Source: an uncultured virus (IMG/VR IMGVR_UViG_3300047160_009670)
Taxonomy: Duplodnaviria > Heunggongvirae > Uroviricota > Caudoviricetes
DNA length: 64,000 bases
Direction: 5' to 3' (one strand)
Virus record (IMG/VR): IMGVR_UViG_3300047160_009670
Part shown: piece by piece, positions 19,901 to 29,506 of the stretch
How positions within the stretch are numbered: the first letter of the stretch is position 1
Layout of the letters: each line of letters begins with the position of its first letter
Position numbers and translations under genes: made by a program
Notes under the pieces: generated by a model
The model's database searches: none
The model's input: only the letters and a program-made list of their open reading frames with translations
What the model was told of the DNA's origin: nothing

Positions 19901-22153
19901 TGGCATCCCTGCCAGACCCTTCCCCGCCTTACTTGCTGACATACGCATTCAGGCCAATACGGACTTCCTGGGGACCCTTACCGAGATCCAGGTTGACCGT
20001 CTTGTTACCATGCGTAGACGCAACGATCAGCGTCTTGCCTGACCCGCTGGGCTGCGGGGTCTGAAGCGGGATACGCAATACCAAGTCGCCCTTTTCAATC
20101 TTCGCGGTCAACATCTGACTAGCCCCTTTCTTGATTGGTCCTTTCTTTCTCCATCTACATTATAGGCGCTTGTCAAGCGCTTGTCAAGCCCTTGTCAAGC
20201 TTACCCTTGACGAATTCGTAAACCATGGCCCAGTAAGGCTTATCGCGCTCCGGGGCGCTGGCGCATAGTTTCCTGGCCAGGTCGGCCGCGCCGGCTTCGC
20301 CTAGCAAGTCGATGTAGGCGGCGGCGCAGTCCGCGGCCGCCTTGGCTTCCATCTGTAACCCGTCGGTCGCCCGTTGGACTTTACGCTTTGCCATGGTTAG
20401 CCCCCTTTCCCCTGGGCCGGCCGGTAGCCGGCTTCGACCCATTGCGTACCATCGAATTTGACCCGCATACCGCGAGCGACCCCCGCGGGCATGGATTCCA
20501 GGGCTGCGTAGTAGGAATCATGGCCCCGGCCGGCTTCGATGCGGGCCAGGCGGGATACCCCGTCAAGGCCCGCGACCGTGCCGTAGGTTCCGGCCCGCAG
20601 TCGTTCGCCGCGTCGGTACAGCATGGTTACCCCCCCATCAAAAGGGTCGTGCCGTCCCCAGCGTCCCCGCCGATGACCTGGCGTATCTGGTCGATCAGCG
20701 CGGCCGGTACTTCGACCAAGACCGCCCCGAAGACCGGGTTCAACTTGAAGGACCCTTGATGACCCCCCTTGCCGTCCGAGAGCAGTCCCTTGCCGGTATC
20801 CAGGTTGACGGACGCGATGCGGCCGTCCGACTGGATGACCGCGTTCTGACCCGCCTTGTACGGGTAGACCGTCCAATCAACATCCTTGCGCATGTTCCCT
20901 AGTCGTCCTGTTACGGATCGAAAGACGTTCATTGCTTATCCCTTTATTGGTTGATGACTGTCAGCCTGGCCCCGCAGGGATGGCTGAAATGCCACTTCAA
21001 TACCAAGCGGTCCCGGCTGCCCGGAACCGTATCGGTCTTGCCCAGATGATAGGACCAGACCCGTTCCCCGCAGTTCGGGCAGGGCACGGGAGCCCGGTCC
21101 GGGTATTCCCGCCGCATGTCCCTGGCCAGCGCGCTGTAACTGCCGTTGGCGTTCTTGGTCCAAAGGCCGTTCATCGCGTTCCCCCTTTCGGCCGCCCGTT
21201 CGGCCCGTACAGAACCAGCCATAGCCATTCCAGCCGTTGCAGCGGCAGCCGTTCGAGCGTTTCCTTGGCCCGCTGGTAGACCGCGCTGTTGGGCTGGTAG
21301 ATGGTCGAATCCCAAAGCAGGTCGCCTACCATCTTGGCCCGCCATCTGATCCGTTCGTCTTTCTTCCATTGCTTCAGGTTCATGGCCTTCCCCTTTCTAC
21401 CCCCATTATAGGCGCCGGTCATGCGGTTGTCAAGCGCGGACCGGCGCCATAGGGTCAGGTATGGACGAACCAGCCCCGGCCTTCCGCCAGACTGACCGTA
21501 AAGCTGGGCGCGCCCCCGTCGGCCGGGCTGTCAGGCCCCTGATAAATCAACCCGCCGTTGAACCAGTAGCGCCGCTCGCCGTCGCGAATCTGGTAGATCG
21601 CGAACGCGAACGAATGCGGGGCGAAGTCCTTGCCGATGATGCAAACGTTTTCCTTGGTCCCGCCGTTGCTGGCGTAGGTTGACAGGTAGTCAAACTGCTT
21701 TTCCAGTTGATCCCGCAGACCCAGGCTGTCCGCGAACGCGCGGACCTTGGCCAGATAGTCATCGTCGCATTTGAATTCGATCATCTTGGTTCCCTTCCTT
21801 CCCGTTGAACCTTGCTTTCCCTATCTGCATTATAGGCGCTTGTCAGGCGCTTGTCAAATGAACCGGATGAAATCCGGGATCGTTTCGACAAGTTCGTTGC
21901 CGAACTGAACCAACAACCGGACGGACCGGCCTTCATACTGGTAGACGGCGACGATTTCGCCGACCTTGCCGATATGTGGCTGGTACTTGGACTGGCCAAG
22001 CCAGTGGTACCAGCGGACCGCGGTAGCGGCCGCGACGGTCGTGTCGAATTCCGGGCCTGGGTACTGGCGCTGGGCGTCTTCCTTGGCGTCATCGTCATTC
22101 GGCAGCCGTACCTTGCGCCCGATCAGATTGGTTTCCAGCGCTTGCTTTGTCAT
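16922..22153 (-). CDS. Array of about 15 small early ORFs; includes a zinc-binding protein 18331-18792 and a DUF4120-like protein 21455-21784
   Basis: CPTCRGAG/CYECGG motifs; KDFAPHSFAF..WFNGGLIYQG..GWFVHT resembles DUF4120. Confidence 0.6.
18832..18860 (-). promoter_or_regulatory. Conserved early promoter
   Basis: TTGACT-17-TATAAT, extra TTGACA units 11 bp either side of the -35 box. Confidence 0.85.
19818..19889 (-). tRNA. tRNA-Glu (anticodon UUC)
   Basis: GGCCCGT acceptor, CCGGC-CTTTCAA-GCCGG anticodon arm, AGGGG-TTCGAAT-CCCCT T arm; CCA not encoded. Confidence 0.95.
20159..20187 (-). promoter_or_regulatory. Conserved early promoter
   Basis: TTGACA-17-TATAAT; three tandem TTGACAAG units at 11-bp period. 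Confidence 0.9.
21405..21433 (-). promoter_or_regulatory. Conserved early promoter
   Basis: TTGACA-17-TATAAT with GACCGGCGCC. Confidence 0.85.
21829..21857 (-). promoter_or_regulatory. Conserved early promoter
   Basis: TTGACA-17-TATAAT with TGACAAGCGCC. Confidence 0.9.
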
Positions 22154-22169
22154 GGTCTTCCCCCTTCGC

Positions 22170-22206
22170 AAAAAAAAGGCCAGGGGCGCCCAGGGCGCCC
22201 CCGGCC
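22170..22206 (-). terminator. Intrinsic terminator after the DUF932 gene
   Basis: GC hairpin GGCCGGGGGCGCCC-T-GGGCGCCCCTGGCC followed by a T run on -. Confidence 0.8.
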
Positions 22207-22214
22207 AAGGTCGG

Positions 22215-22985
22215 TCAATCGTCGCTGACTTCCGTAATCAGTTCCGGCGCCTTGTACCCGACAGACTTGCCGATCAGGGCGCCCAGTTGCATGGTCAGCA
22301 AGGCATGCTTTTGGGCGCGGGTTTCGGCCAGCGGGTTCAAAACGGTCGTGAAATCGTTGTAGAGCGACCATGCGTTCCGCGGCTGGAAGTCCTGGAACGA
22401 CGGTTCGCGCCATTCCTTGATGATGCCCGGAAGCTGGCGCGTGTTCACGACGCCCTGTTCGAAGGCCCGCAGGATGATGCTTTCGGCCTGCATATCCGAA
22501 ATGTCAGCATTGCGGAATGCTTCGATGCGATTCTTTTCCGCATCCTTGTAGAGCGCCATCGACTGAACGGCCAGGCTGACCGCTTCCGAAAAGCGGGTTT
22601 CGCCGAAGCGGGTATGCTTGCGCAGGACAACCATGTCCGTGAAGAATGCAAGATTGTCACAGACAAACACGTTTGACCCGCACACGAACGCCCGCGGGCA
22701 GGACTGGTCATTGGCGTTGCGCACGCCGATGGACAGGCCGACCCCTTCGGAAATCTGGTCTTCCAGGTCCAGGGTCGCGAAGAACCGGGCGTCTTCCTTC
22801 GAAGTCGCGTACCGGGCGCGCCGGACCTTCAGACCGCCGTTGTCGAGCGCCTGTTCCACGGTTGACAGAACGTCAATGTGTCTGGCCGGGAACCAAGTCG
22901 CCGTCGGTTGCGGCGCGGCGATGGTCGCCAGTTCGTCCCGGGTAACCGTCCGACCGCCGCAGTGGACTACCAGTTGACTAGCCAT
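22215..22985 (-). CDS. DUF932-family protein
   Basis: P.PT.TW.P..H, GVRNAND.S, VFVCDNLAF, RKHT, NAWSLYN.FT motifs. Confidence 0.8.
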   Translation of the reverse strand: MASQLVVHCGGRTVTRDELATIAAPQPTATWFPARHIDVLSTVEQALDNGGLKVRRARYATSKEDARFFATLDLEDQISEGVGLSIGVRNANDQSCPRAFVCGSNVFVCDNLAFFTDMVVLRKHTRFGETRFSEAVSLAVQSMALYKDAEKNRIEAFRNADISDMQAESIILRAFEQGVVNTRQLPGIIKEWREPSFQDFQPRNAWSLYNDFTTVLNPLAETRAQKHALLTMQLGALIGKSVGYKAPELITEVSDD

Positions 22986-23119
22986 TGATGCTGCTCCCAG
23001 TTGAGCCCTTGAAAATCCCCCCGGTCGAACTGACCGGGTCTATTAACATAATAACAAGATAGCGCGCCGGGTCAAGGCTTAATTTCGGATTTTTCCGAAA
23101 GTTTTACGGAATCGTTCGA

Positions 23120-23734
23120 TCAAGTACCCCGGTAGGACCGGCCGCCCCGGGCGGGTGCATGATACTTGGTCGGCCCGACCGGCTTGGGGGCCGGCTTGAT
23201 GCGCAGGATCAAGTAATCAACTGATGAACGCTTGCAGTTCGGACAAACCGTTGACGGACCTAACTGTTCATTATGACATAAAGGACATGATTCTATCATG
23301 TCGCCATGATTGCATGCCAGGAATTCGGTTTCGGTCCCGTTGTCATTGGCAACGTACCCCGGCGGGGGCCAGGGGCCATCGGACCCCAGGATATGCGCGG
23401 GCCATGGCAAGTCGGCCAGACCCGATGCCAGGGTAACCAGCCGGGCCGCTTCCATCTGTTCGGTAAAGCTGGCGGGGCGCAAGGGGGTCGGGATGACGAC
23501 GACCGGCAGCCGGGCCGCCAGTTCGGCCTGTTCGGCCGCTTCCGCGGCAGCCGCCGCGTCCAGGGGATCGACCGCCCCGGGATCGGCAATGCCCGCAAAA
23601 TTGAAGGGTTCGCGCCGCCCGGATGGCCCGCGGTTCCGGGTCTGTATCTGGCTGGCCGCTTCAGCGCGTCGCGCCATATAGTCCCCCCTGATCCGCCGTC
23701 CGTTTGCTTTTGCGAATTTTGCGCCGGCGCCCAA
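23120..23734 (-). CDS. Hypothetical protein with C-terminal Cys cluster
   Basis: CNHG..CPLC..CPNC; start uncertain. Confidence 0.45.
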   Translation of the reverse strand: MGAGAKFAKANGRRIRGDYMARRAEAASQIQTRNRGPSGRREPFNFAGIADPGAVDPLDAAAAAEAAEQAELAARLPVVVIPTPLRPASFTEQMEAARLVTLASGLADLPWPAHILGSDGPWPPPGYVANDNGTETEFLACNHGDMIESCPLCHNEQLGPSTVCPNCKRSSVDYLILRIKPAPKPVGPTKYHAPARGGRSYRGT

Positions 23735-23837
23735 GCCTTGTCAATACATGGGTTTCCGTTTAGATTCCAGGTTGCGTACTTTTCCCAAACCGCAAGCCCT
23801 ACCCCCCCAGGGAATAAGAATATGAGAAGGGGCGCCG

Positions 23838-24916
23838 ATGCTGACGGAACGAAGCAAAGGGGCCGGCGCTATGGCGTCAATCATCGGACCGGCGGGCGAA
23901 CGGAAGCCCCCCGTCCTGGACGATATCGACAAGGCGATTTTGCGCCTGGGCGCGATGATGAACCCCAACGGGGACGCGCTGTCCGTACGCGAAATCCTGG
24001 CGGTCCTGAAATCCAATGGTAAACGCCTGACTATAAGTCAACTACGTACCCGCGCCGAACGGATGGGCGATGCCTGGCGCGGGAACGGCAACGCTTCGGG
24101 GGCATAGTTGAATATAATCAAGGAACGATTTCCGCATGCTGCGGCCGCCGGGGGCGCGTACGGTTGACGTACGCGCCTGCTTTGTTCATGTCGGCCCATG
24201 GTCCGGTAGACCGCGCCGAACGGTCTGCGCGGCAGGCGCTGGCGGTCTGGGATGGCCTGCGCCGCAAGTCCAGCCCGCCGGAAAATGATCCGGCCTGGCC
24301 GGCCTTGAAGGACCGGTTCCTGCAAGCCGCCGACGACTGGGGCGGTCTGTGCCGGCTGGCTGCGGCGCGGTACGCCGCGGGCCTGGAAGCCCTGGAAGAT
24401 GCCAAGCATATCCCGGGCGGTAAGGATTGCGGCCGGGATCGAATTCTGGCGCTAGATACTGTTTATACGGAAATCCGTACCGCCTGGGCGGAATGGCGCA
24501 AAGCCTACATCCTACTGGGGCAAGTCATCGCCGCGGCCCCGTTCGCCCTGGCCGCCGCCGGTCAGGTCGATGCCCCGCCCGACTGCCCGCCGTAACATAG
24601 CGACATATTTACGAATCATCCCCGCTGGCCGACCGGTAACCCTATCCCAAGTACGGTCCCGGTCCGTGACATTCTTCCCAGGGCTGGCGGGGATGAATCA
24701 CTGACGGGGCGACCTATGGGCCGCGCTGACAAGGCCCGCGCCGCGATGTATGCCATGGCCGCGCTATTGGCCATCGCCGGCCTGATCCTGCTAGGGGCCG
24801 GCCTGCCCCGCGGAAACCCCGCCTTCCATGCTGCGGCCCTGGGGGTCGTCGCCCTACTTGCCGGCGGCGGCATCGGGGCCGCTGCGTACCTTACCCATAA
24901 AGAGGACCAAGAATGA
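23838..24916 (+). CDS. First rightward ORFs (23838-24107 HTH-like, 24164-24595 helical, 24716-24916 two-TM protein)
   Basis: Strand switch; RBS-like G runs; hydrophobic segments in the third ORF. Confidence 0.55.
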
Positions 24917-25794
24917 GACCGTTTTCAATCATTACCGCATGGCTGGCGGTCCTGGCGACCGCCCCGGCCGACGCCCAGATTTGCATCGGCGGTCGCTGCT
25001 ATGGCGGGCGCATGTCGATGGGGTACGCCATGCCTGCGTATCAAATCATGTCAACGCCAACCTACAGCCAGCGCCTGGCCCCGGCATCATCGCTGCCGGT
25101 CTACTACCAGCAAGTCCCGGCAACCCCCAGCCCGCAGGGGCAGACCTACGCGGCGCCGGCGCCGCAAACGTTCGCCATGCCCGGGTACGTTCCCCAGCAA
25201 TTCGCGGCCCCCCAGCAATTCGCCAGCGGCTGTAACGGCGGGTCGTATCAATACCAGATGGCCCCGCAGCAATCGTATTCGGCCCCGATGGAACTGGCGC
25301 CCCAGGCGTTCATTCCGACAACCAGATATGTTCCAGCCCAGACCTACATGCTGGTTCCGCAGCAATCGCAGCGGATGCTGGCCTACGGCCAAGCCTTGCA
25401 GTTTTCGCAGGGGGTCAACGCCATGGTCCTGGGCGGGCCGCCCATGGGGGCCTACGGCTACGGCGGGGAAGGGGTCGGCTTCGGCGGGCGCCTGCGCCGG
25501 AACAACCAGTTCGGTGTAGGCGTCTTCGGTCCGGGCGTCCGAAACCATTATCATATCAAGAACAAGTTTAAGTTCATCAGCGAAACAGATGACGATGAAG
25601 TCAAGGAGGAGGGAGCCGGCGGGGAGCGGGCAGCCGGCGCATCAACGGCCCCCGCGCCCCCGTCGGTTACGACGGACAAACCGGCCGAAGCGCCCCATGA
25701 CCCCGGGTCCGGGGCGCCCTATGTCGAATCGGTCCCGCTGGACGCGCCGCCCGTGACGCGACCGCCGACCCGTATCGTTCTTAAGGGAGAATGA
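24913..25794 (+). CDS. Secreted low-complexity protein
   Basis: Signal peptide ending ADA, then QICIGGRCYG; Gln/Pro/Tyr-rich. Confidence 0.7.
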   Translation: MRPFSIITAWLAVLATAPADAQICIGGRCYGGRMSMGYAMPAYQIMSTPTYSQRLAPASSLPVYYQQVPATPSPQGQTYAAPAPQTFAMPGYVPQQFAAPQQFASGCNGGSYQYQMAPQQSYSAPMELAPQAFIPTTRYVPAQTYMLVPQQSQRMLAYGQALQFSQGVNAMVLGGPPMGAYGYGGEGVGFGGRLRRNNQFGVGVFGPGVRNHYHIKNKFKFISETDDDEVKEEGAGGERAAGASTAPAPPSVTTDKPAEAPHDPGSGAPYVESVPLDAPPVTRPPTRIVLKGE

Positions 25795-26723
25795 ACATGC
25801 CGTATTATGATGTTGTAGGCGGGCGTTTACTTCTAAATCCGGTAGCGGTCCAGCCCCCCGGGCCGGTCGATCCCGGGTACAGCCCCCCGTGGGCGCAGGT
25901 ACCGCCAGGAACGCAGCCCCCGGGGCCGGTCGATCCCGGGTACAGCCCCCCGTGGGCGCAGGTACCGCCAGGCAGCCAGCCGCGTCCGCCGGGAACGCCG
26001 ATTCATCCCATCTGGGGACCGCCCGGGTTTAACCCCCCGGGTCCGGGTATGCCCCCGGGCATCTGGGGCGGCCCGGTCCTGCCCGGCCCGCCCGTAGACC
26101 CCGGCTACAGCCCCCCATGGGCCAGACCGCCCGTAGACCCCGGCTATAGCCCGCCATGGGCGCAGGTACCGGTAGACCCTGGATACAGCCCCCCATGGGC
26201 CAGACCGCCCGTAGACCCCGGCTACAGCCCCCCGTGGGCGCAGGTACCGCCAGGCAGCCAGCCGCGTCCGCCGGGAACGCCGATTCATCCCATCTGGGGA
26301 CCGCCAGGATTCAATCCCCCCGGACCGGGCATGCCCCCCGGTATCTGGGGCGGTCCGATCATCCCGCCGGCGCAGCCGCCCAATCCGACCCCGCCGCCCG
26401 TCTACGCAGCCCTGCCGCCATCCCTGGCTCTACCCGGTACGCCCCCAGACCCGGCGACGCAACCCCCCGACCTGGCCAGCCCGGGCCATAATGCCATGGT
26501 CGCTACGCCTGATGGTATGCAAATGGCTTGGGTTCAAACAGCCATCAATACCGATCCGAACCATACGCCGCAGCCGCCGACCGCGGGCCTGCCCGGTACC
26601 TGGATTCCCGTCTACGGTCCTGGCGGACCGACCGGCTACGCCGCCAGCCTAACCTGCGGACCCGGCGGGGCCTACGCCTGGCTACCGACCCCGCCGACTA
26701 CGCCGCCCGCTACGCCGGCATGA
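25791..26723 (+). CDS. Proline-rich repeat protein
   Basis: Six PVDPGYSPPWA repeats and two copies of a longer PIHPIWGPPGFN block. Confidence 0.8.
   Translation: MNMPYYDVVGGRLLLNPVAVQPPGPVDPGYSPPWAQVPPGTQPPGPVDPGYSPPWAQVPPGSQPRPPGTPIHPIWGPPGFNPPGPGMPPGIWGGPVLPGPPVDPGYSPPWARPPVDPGYSPPWAQVPVDPGYSPPWARPPVDPGYSPPWAQVPPGSQPRPPGTPIHPIWGPPGFNPPGPGMPPGIWGGPIIPPAQPPNPTPPPVYAALPPSLALPGTPPDPATQPPDLASPGHNAMVATPDGMQMAWVQTAINTDPNHTPQPPTAGLPGTWIPVYGPGGPTGYAASLTCGPGGAYAWLPTPPTTPPATPA
25850..26360 (+). repeat. Coding tandem repeats (33-39 bp units plus duplicated longer block)
   Basis: Visible in DNA and protein. Confidence 0.9.
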
Positions 26724-26737
26724 ATGGGTAAACTTCC

Positions 26738-26962
26738 ATGAATATTCCCATGCTTTTGGCGCAAGCCGTTGGCCTGGATTTCGTCGGCATTGCCATTCTG
26801 GTTGTCGTGGTCGTCGCGGTCGTCGGCATCGTCATCGTGTTCGTGCGCCTGTCGGGCGTCAACATCCCTGGCTGGCTGGTTCAGGTGTTTTGGATTGTCG
26901 TCGCGGCCGTCGTCTGCATCGTCGCCATCCTGTTCATTGCCCGGATCGCAGGCTGGCGCTAG
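26738..26962 (+). CDS. Small two-TM membrane protein (holin-like)
   Basis: Two hydrophobic helices separated by NIPGW. Confidence 0.6.
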   Translation: MNIPMLLAQAVGLDFVGIAILVVVVVAVVGIVIVFVRLSGVNIPGWLVQVFWIVVAAVVCIVAILFIARIAGWR

Positions 26963-27425
26963 ATGCCGAACATCCGGTCGAGCGACCGCCGATTCTACAT
27001 CGGCCCGAAGGATCGGGATCGCATCATAGTCTTGCGCGCGCAAGGCGTTACATTTGCAGATATTGGTAGGCGATTGGGGTTTACCGCGTCGGCCGTAGGA
27101 TTCGTCTACCGGCAGGAAATGGCCAGGCGCCGCCAGTCAGGCGGCGGGGCATGAACCCGACAGGGGGCGGCCCATGGCTTTTCGCAAGCGCAAGCCCCCG
27201 CCGGAACCGCCAGGATTCGACCCGGACCGCGCCCCGCCCTGCGCGTGGTGTGGCACTGAAGCCCATATCCGCCAATGGATAAGCGGTCTGACCCTGTGCC
27301 ATGACTGCGCCGACATGCTGGGCGAAACCGAACGGTTGCTGGCCGCCAGGCTTATCTATAAATATCCGCAAATCTACAAGCGTACCCGGTTCGTCTGGGG
27401 ATGCAAGAACCTGCTAGGGGGTTAA
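26963..27425 (+). CDS. Small HTH protein (26963-27154) and zinc-finger protein (27174-27425)
   Basis: LRAQGVTFADIGRRLG; CAWCG..LCHDC. Confidence 0.6.
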
Positions 27426-27427
27426 TC

Positions 27428-29506
27428 ATGGGCGCTGCCTTGAACCGGATCATCAATGGACTGCGCCGCCTGGCCGATGACGATGAACCGTCCGTGGAAC
27501 GGTACGCCCGTGAGCCGCACCCTATCGAGAACCTGGCCAACGCGGGATATACAGTTGAAGATGCCGGCCACGGTGTGATGAAAACATATAATCAGGCCGG
27601 AACGATGGTCGGCTACAATATCCCCGGTCACGGCAAGACGTTCACAACGAAGGGTGCGGCACAGAGACAGATGACGCGGCCATCTTACGCATCACCGCCC
27701 CCGCCGCCCCGGCAACCTACGGAACGCGAGAAATGGGCGGAGGCTATGCGCCGCAATGCCGCCGAGAGACGGGTACGCAAGGCGGCAGAGGCCAAGGCGT
27801 CCAGAGAGAGAACGCGCGAAGCGTACGCGGCGGAGCAACCGGCCTATTACGATCAAGGTTCGGATATGTACTTAGAAGAACATGACTTGCCTGCCTTTGG
27901 CCTAGGCGCCCATCGGGCGCCCAAGCGCGAACGGGAACGACATGCCCGCAGCGAACAGTACGCCGCCCCGCCCCATCGGGCCGTCAAGGTCGGCGGCGGG
28001 CCGGTCCCCCAGGCCCCGCGGCATCAACTGACGCATCAGGAAGAACGTCGTAGGATCAACAAGGCATATGAAGAGAACCCGGCCGCAGTCCTGCATCCCC
28101 GGCCCGAATCGCGCATTAGCATGACGCATAGGAAGCGCGAATACGGGACTGCCAAGGGAACCCGGCGCGGCAAGCGGGCCATGGTAGGGCAGGAACATCC
28201 CCGCGCTACCCTGGCGCCGGGCATGGCTACCGAAGCAACCCCGCCCGGGCATATACCCCGATTAGGTAGGCATCTGTCCATGGAGCAGGTAGGCGCATTT
28301 GTGCCGCATCCATCTGATATCAAGAAAATGTCGCAAGAACATGCTCAAGCGCATGCACATTATCATGGCGCGCCACACTGGCAACGGTCCTGGGAAATCC
28401 AGCATAGCGCGCCTTTGGTCGGCGAAGGCCGACATACCGCCCGGCATGTCACGACCGGCCTGCCGTACAAGGGGGCGCATACGGGCCAGACCCCGCTACA
28501 TCATGGCAGCGGCGGGCATGGGTACCGCGAAACCATCGAATACGAACCGCGCGCCCAGCATGGATCGACCATTCCCGGCGAACCCAGCCGCCCGGTAGGA
28601 CTGGAAGCCAGGCGCAAGCGCGAGAAGATTGCCGGCGAACATGCGCCGGCAGTGCGCGAAACCGGCCGGCAGGCCCATCGGGCCGTCAGCCATCTGCATA
28701 CCGTGGAACCCAGGCGGGTCCGCGACCAGTACCGCTACGCGGCGGAAGGGGAACCGTCCTATACAGTTCAACATATGGACCGAAGCGGTACAGGCGAATC
28801 AGGCGAATGGCGCAAGGGGCAAACCTATCAAGGCGTTCCCCATAGCCAGGTCGGCAAACATATCAAGGCGGCCAAGAAGCGCGGCGCCGGGGTTATCATC
28901 AGCGATCCATCAGGTAAACAGGTCTTCCCGCATCATTTCGGGCGGTATGCCGCCGAAGGGGCGCCGCGCGAACGGTATGCCCGCGGCATGAGCCTGGGCG
29001 ATTGGTCAAGGAAACATCAAATCGACATACAGGAAGACAGGGGCCTGCATCCCCATCCTGACGCCCGGATCGTCCGGGCGCCTTATGGTCCTGCATCGCG
29101 CGACCTGTATCGCCTGAACGATTATATGATTGCAAATATTTCTGGGGATACCCATCGCTTGATTCCGCGGCCGGCCAAGACCAAGGAACGTCATGCTGGC
29201 GGCGGCCGCCGGGGTCAGCGTCAATGGTCATCGGAACTTGAAGTCATGCATAACAGTCCATTCTACCGACGCCAGGCAGGATACGGCGCGACCGAAATGG
29301 GGGGCGGGGAAGACCTGAAACCGGCCCCGCATCTGGGCCAGGGATGGGGCCAGCGCAAGATCATCGGCGGAATCGTTAAACATTACGATCCTAACGGGCA
29401 ATTCCATAGCTATGGGATTCCCAACGAACGCATCGCCTTCGAACGGCCCGAACACGCCCGTGCCGAACTGTCCCGCCGTCGGCGCATGGCGCGGGTGGAT
29501 ATGTAA
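27428..29506 (+). CDS. Basic modular polyprotein 1 (putative internal virion protein)
   Basis: RBS GGGGG before ATG 27428; at least eight ERYA/EAYA/EQYA/ERHA/RYA motifs separating short modules. Confidence 0.75.
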   Translation: MGAALNRIINGLRRLADDDEPSVERYAREPHPIENLANAGYTVEDAGHGVMKTYNQAGTMVGYNIPGHGKTFTTKGAAQRQMTRPSYASPPPPPRQPTEREKWAEAMRRNAAERRVRKAAEAKASRERTREAYAAEQPAYYDQGSDMYLEEHDLPAFGLGAHRAPKRERERHARSEQYAAPPHRAVKVGGGPVPQAPRHQLTHQEERRRINKAYEENPAAVLHPRPESRISMTHRKREYGTAKGTRRGKRAMVGQEHPRATLAPGMATEATPPGHIPRLGRHLSMEQVGAFVPHPSDIKKMSQEHAQAHAHYHGAPHWQRSWEIQHSAPLVGEGRHTARHVTTGLPYKGAHTGQTPLHHGSGGHGYRETIEYEPRAQHGSTIPGEPSRPVGLEARRKREKIAGEHAPAVRETGRQAHRAVSHLHTVEPRRVRDQYRYAAEGEPSYTVQHMDRSGTGESGEWRKGQTYQGVPHSQVGKHIKAAKKRGAGVIISDPSGKQVFPHHFGRYAAEGAPRERYARGMSLGDWSRKHQIDIQEDRGLHPHPDARIVRAPYGPASRDLYRLNDYMIANISGDTHRLIPRPAKTKERHAGGGRRGQRQWSSELEVMHNSPFYRRQAGYGATEMGGGEDLKPAPHLGQGWGQRKIIGGIVKHYDPNGQFHSYGIPNERIAFERPEHARAELSRRRRMARVDM

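Noticed and set aside
9030..21857. Repeated ~29-bp motif as a CRISPR array or integron attC sites
   Set aside because: Copies are hundreds to thousands of bp apart, match the sigma70 consensus, and no cas or integrase gene is present
23047..23075. A further copy of the conserved early promoter
   Set aside because: TTGACC-16-TATTAT is a plausible promoter but lacks the conserved spacer, so it was not counted in the family
25850..26360. Diversity-generating retroelement template/variable repeats
   Set aside because: Differences between repeats are mostly synonymous rather than adenine-specific, and no reverse transcriptase is present
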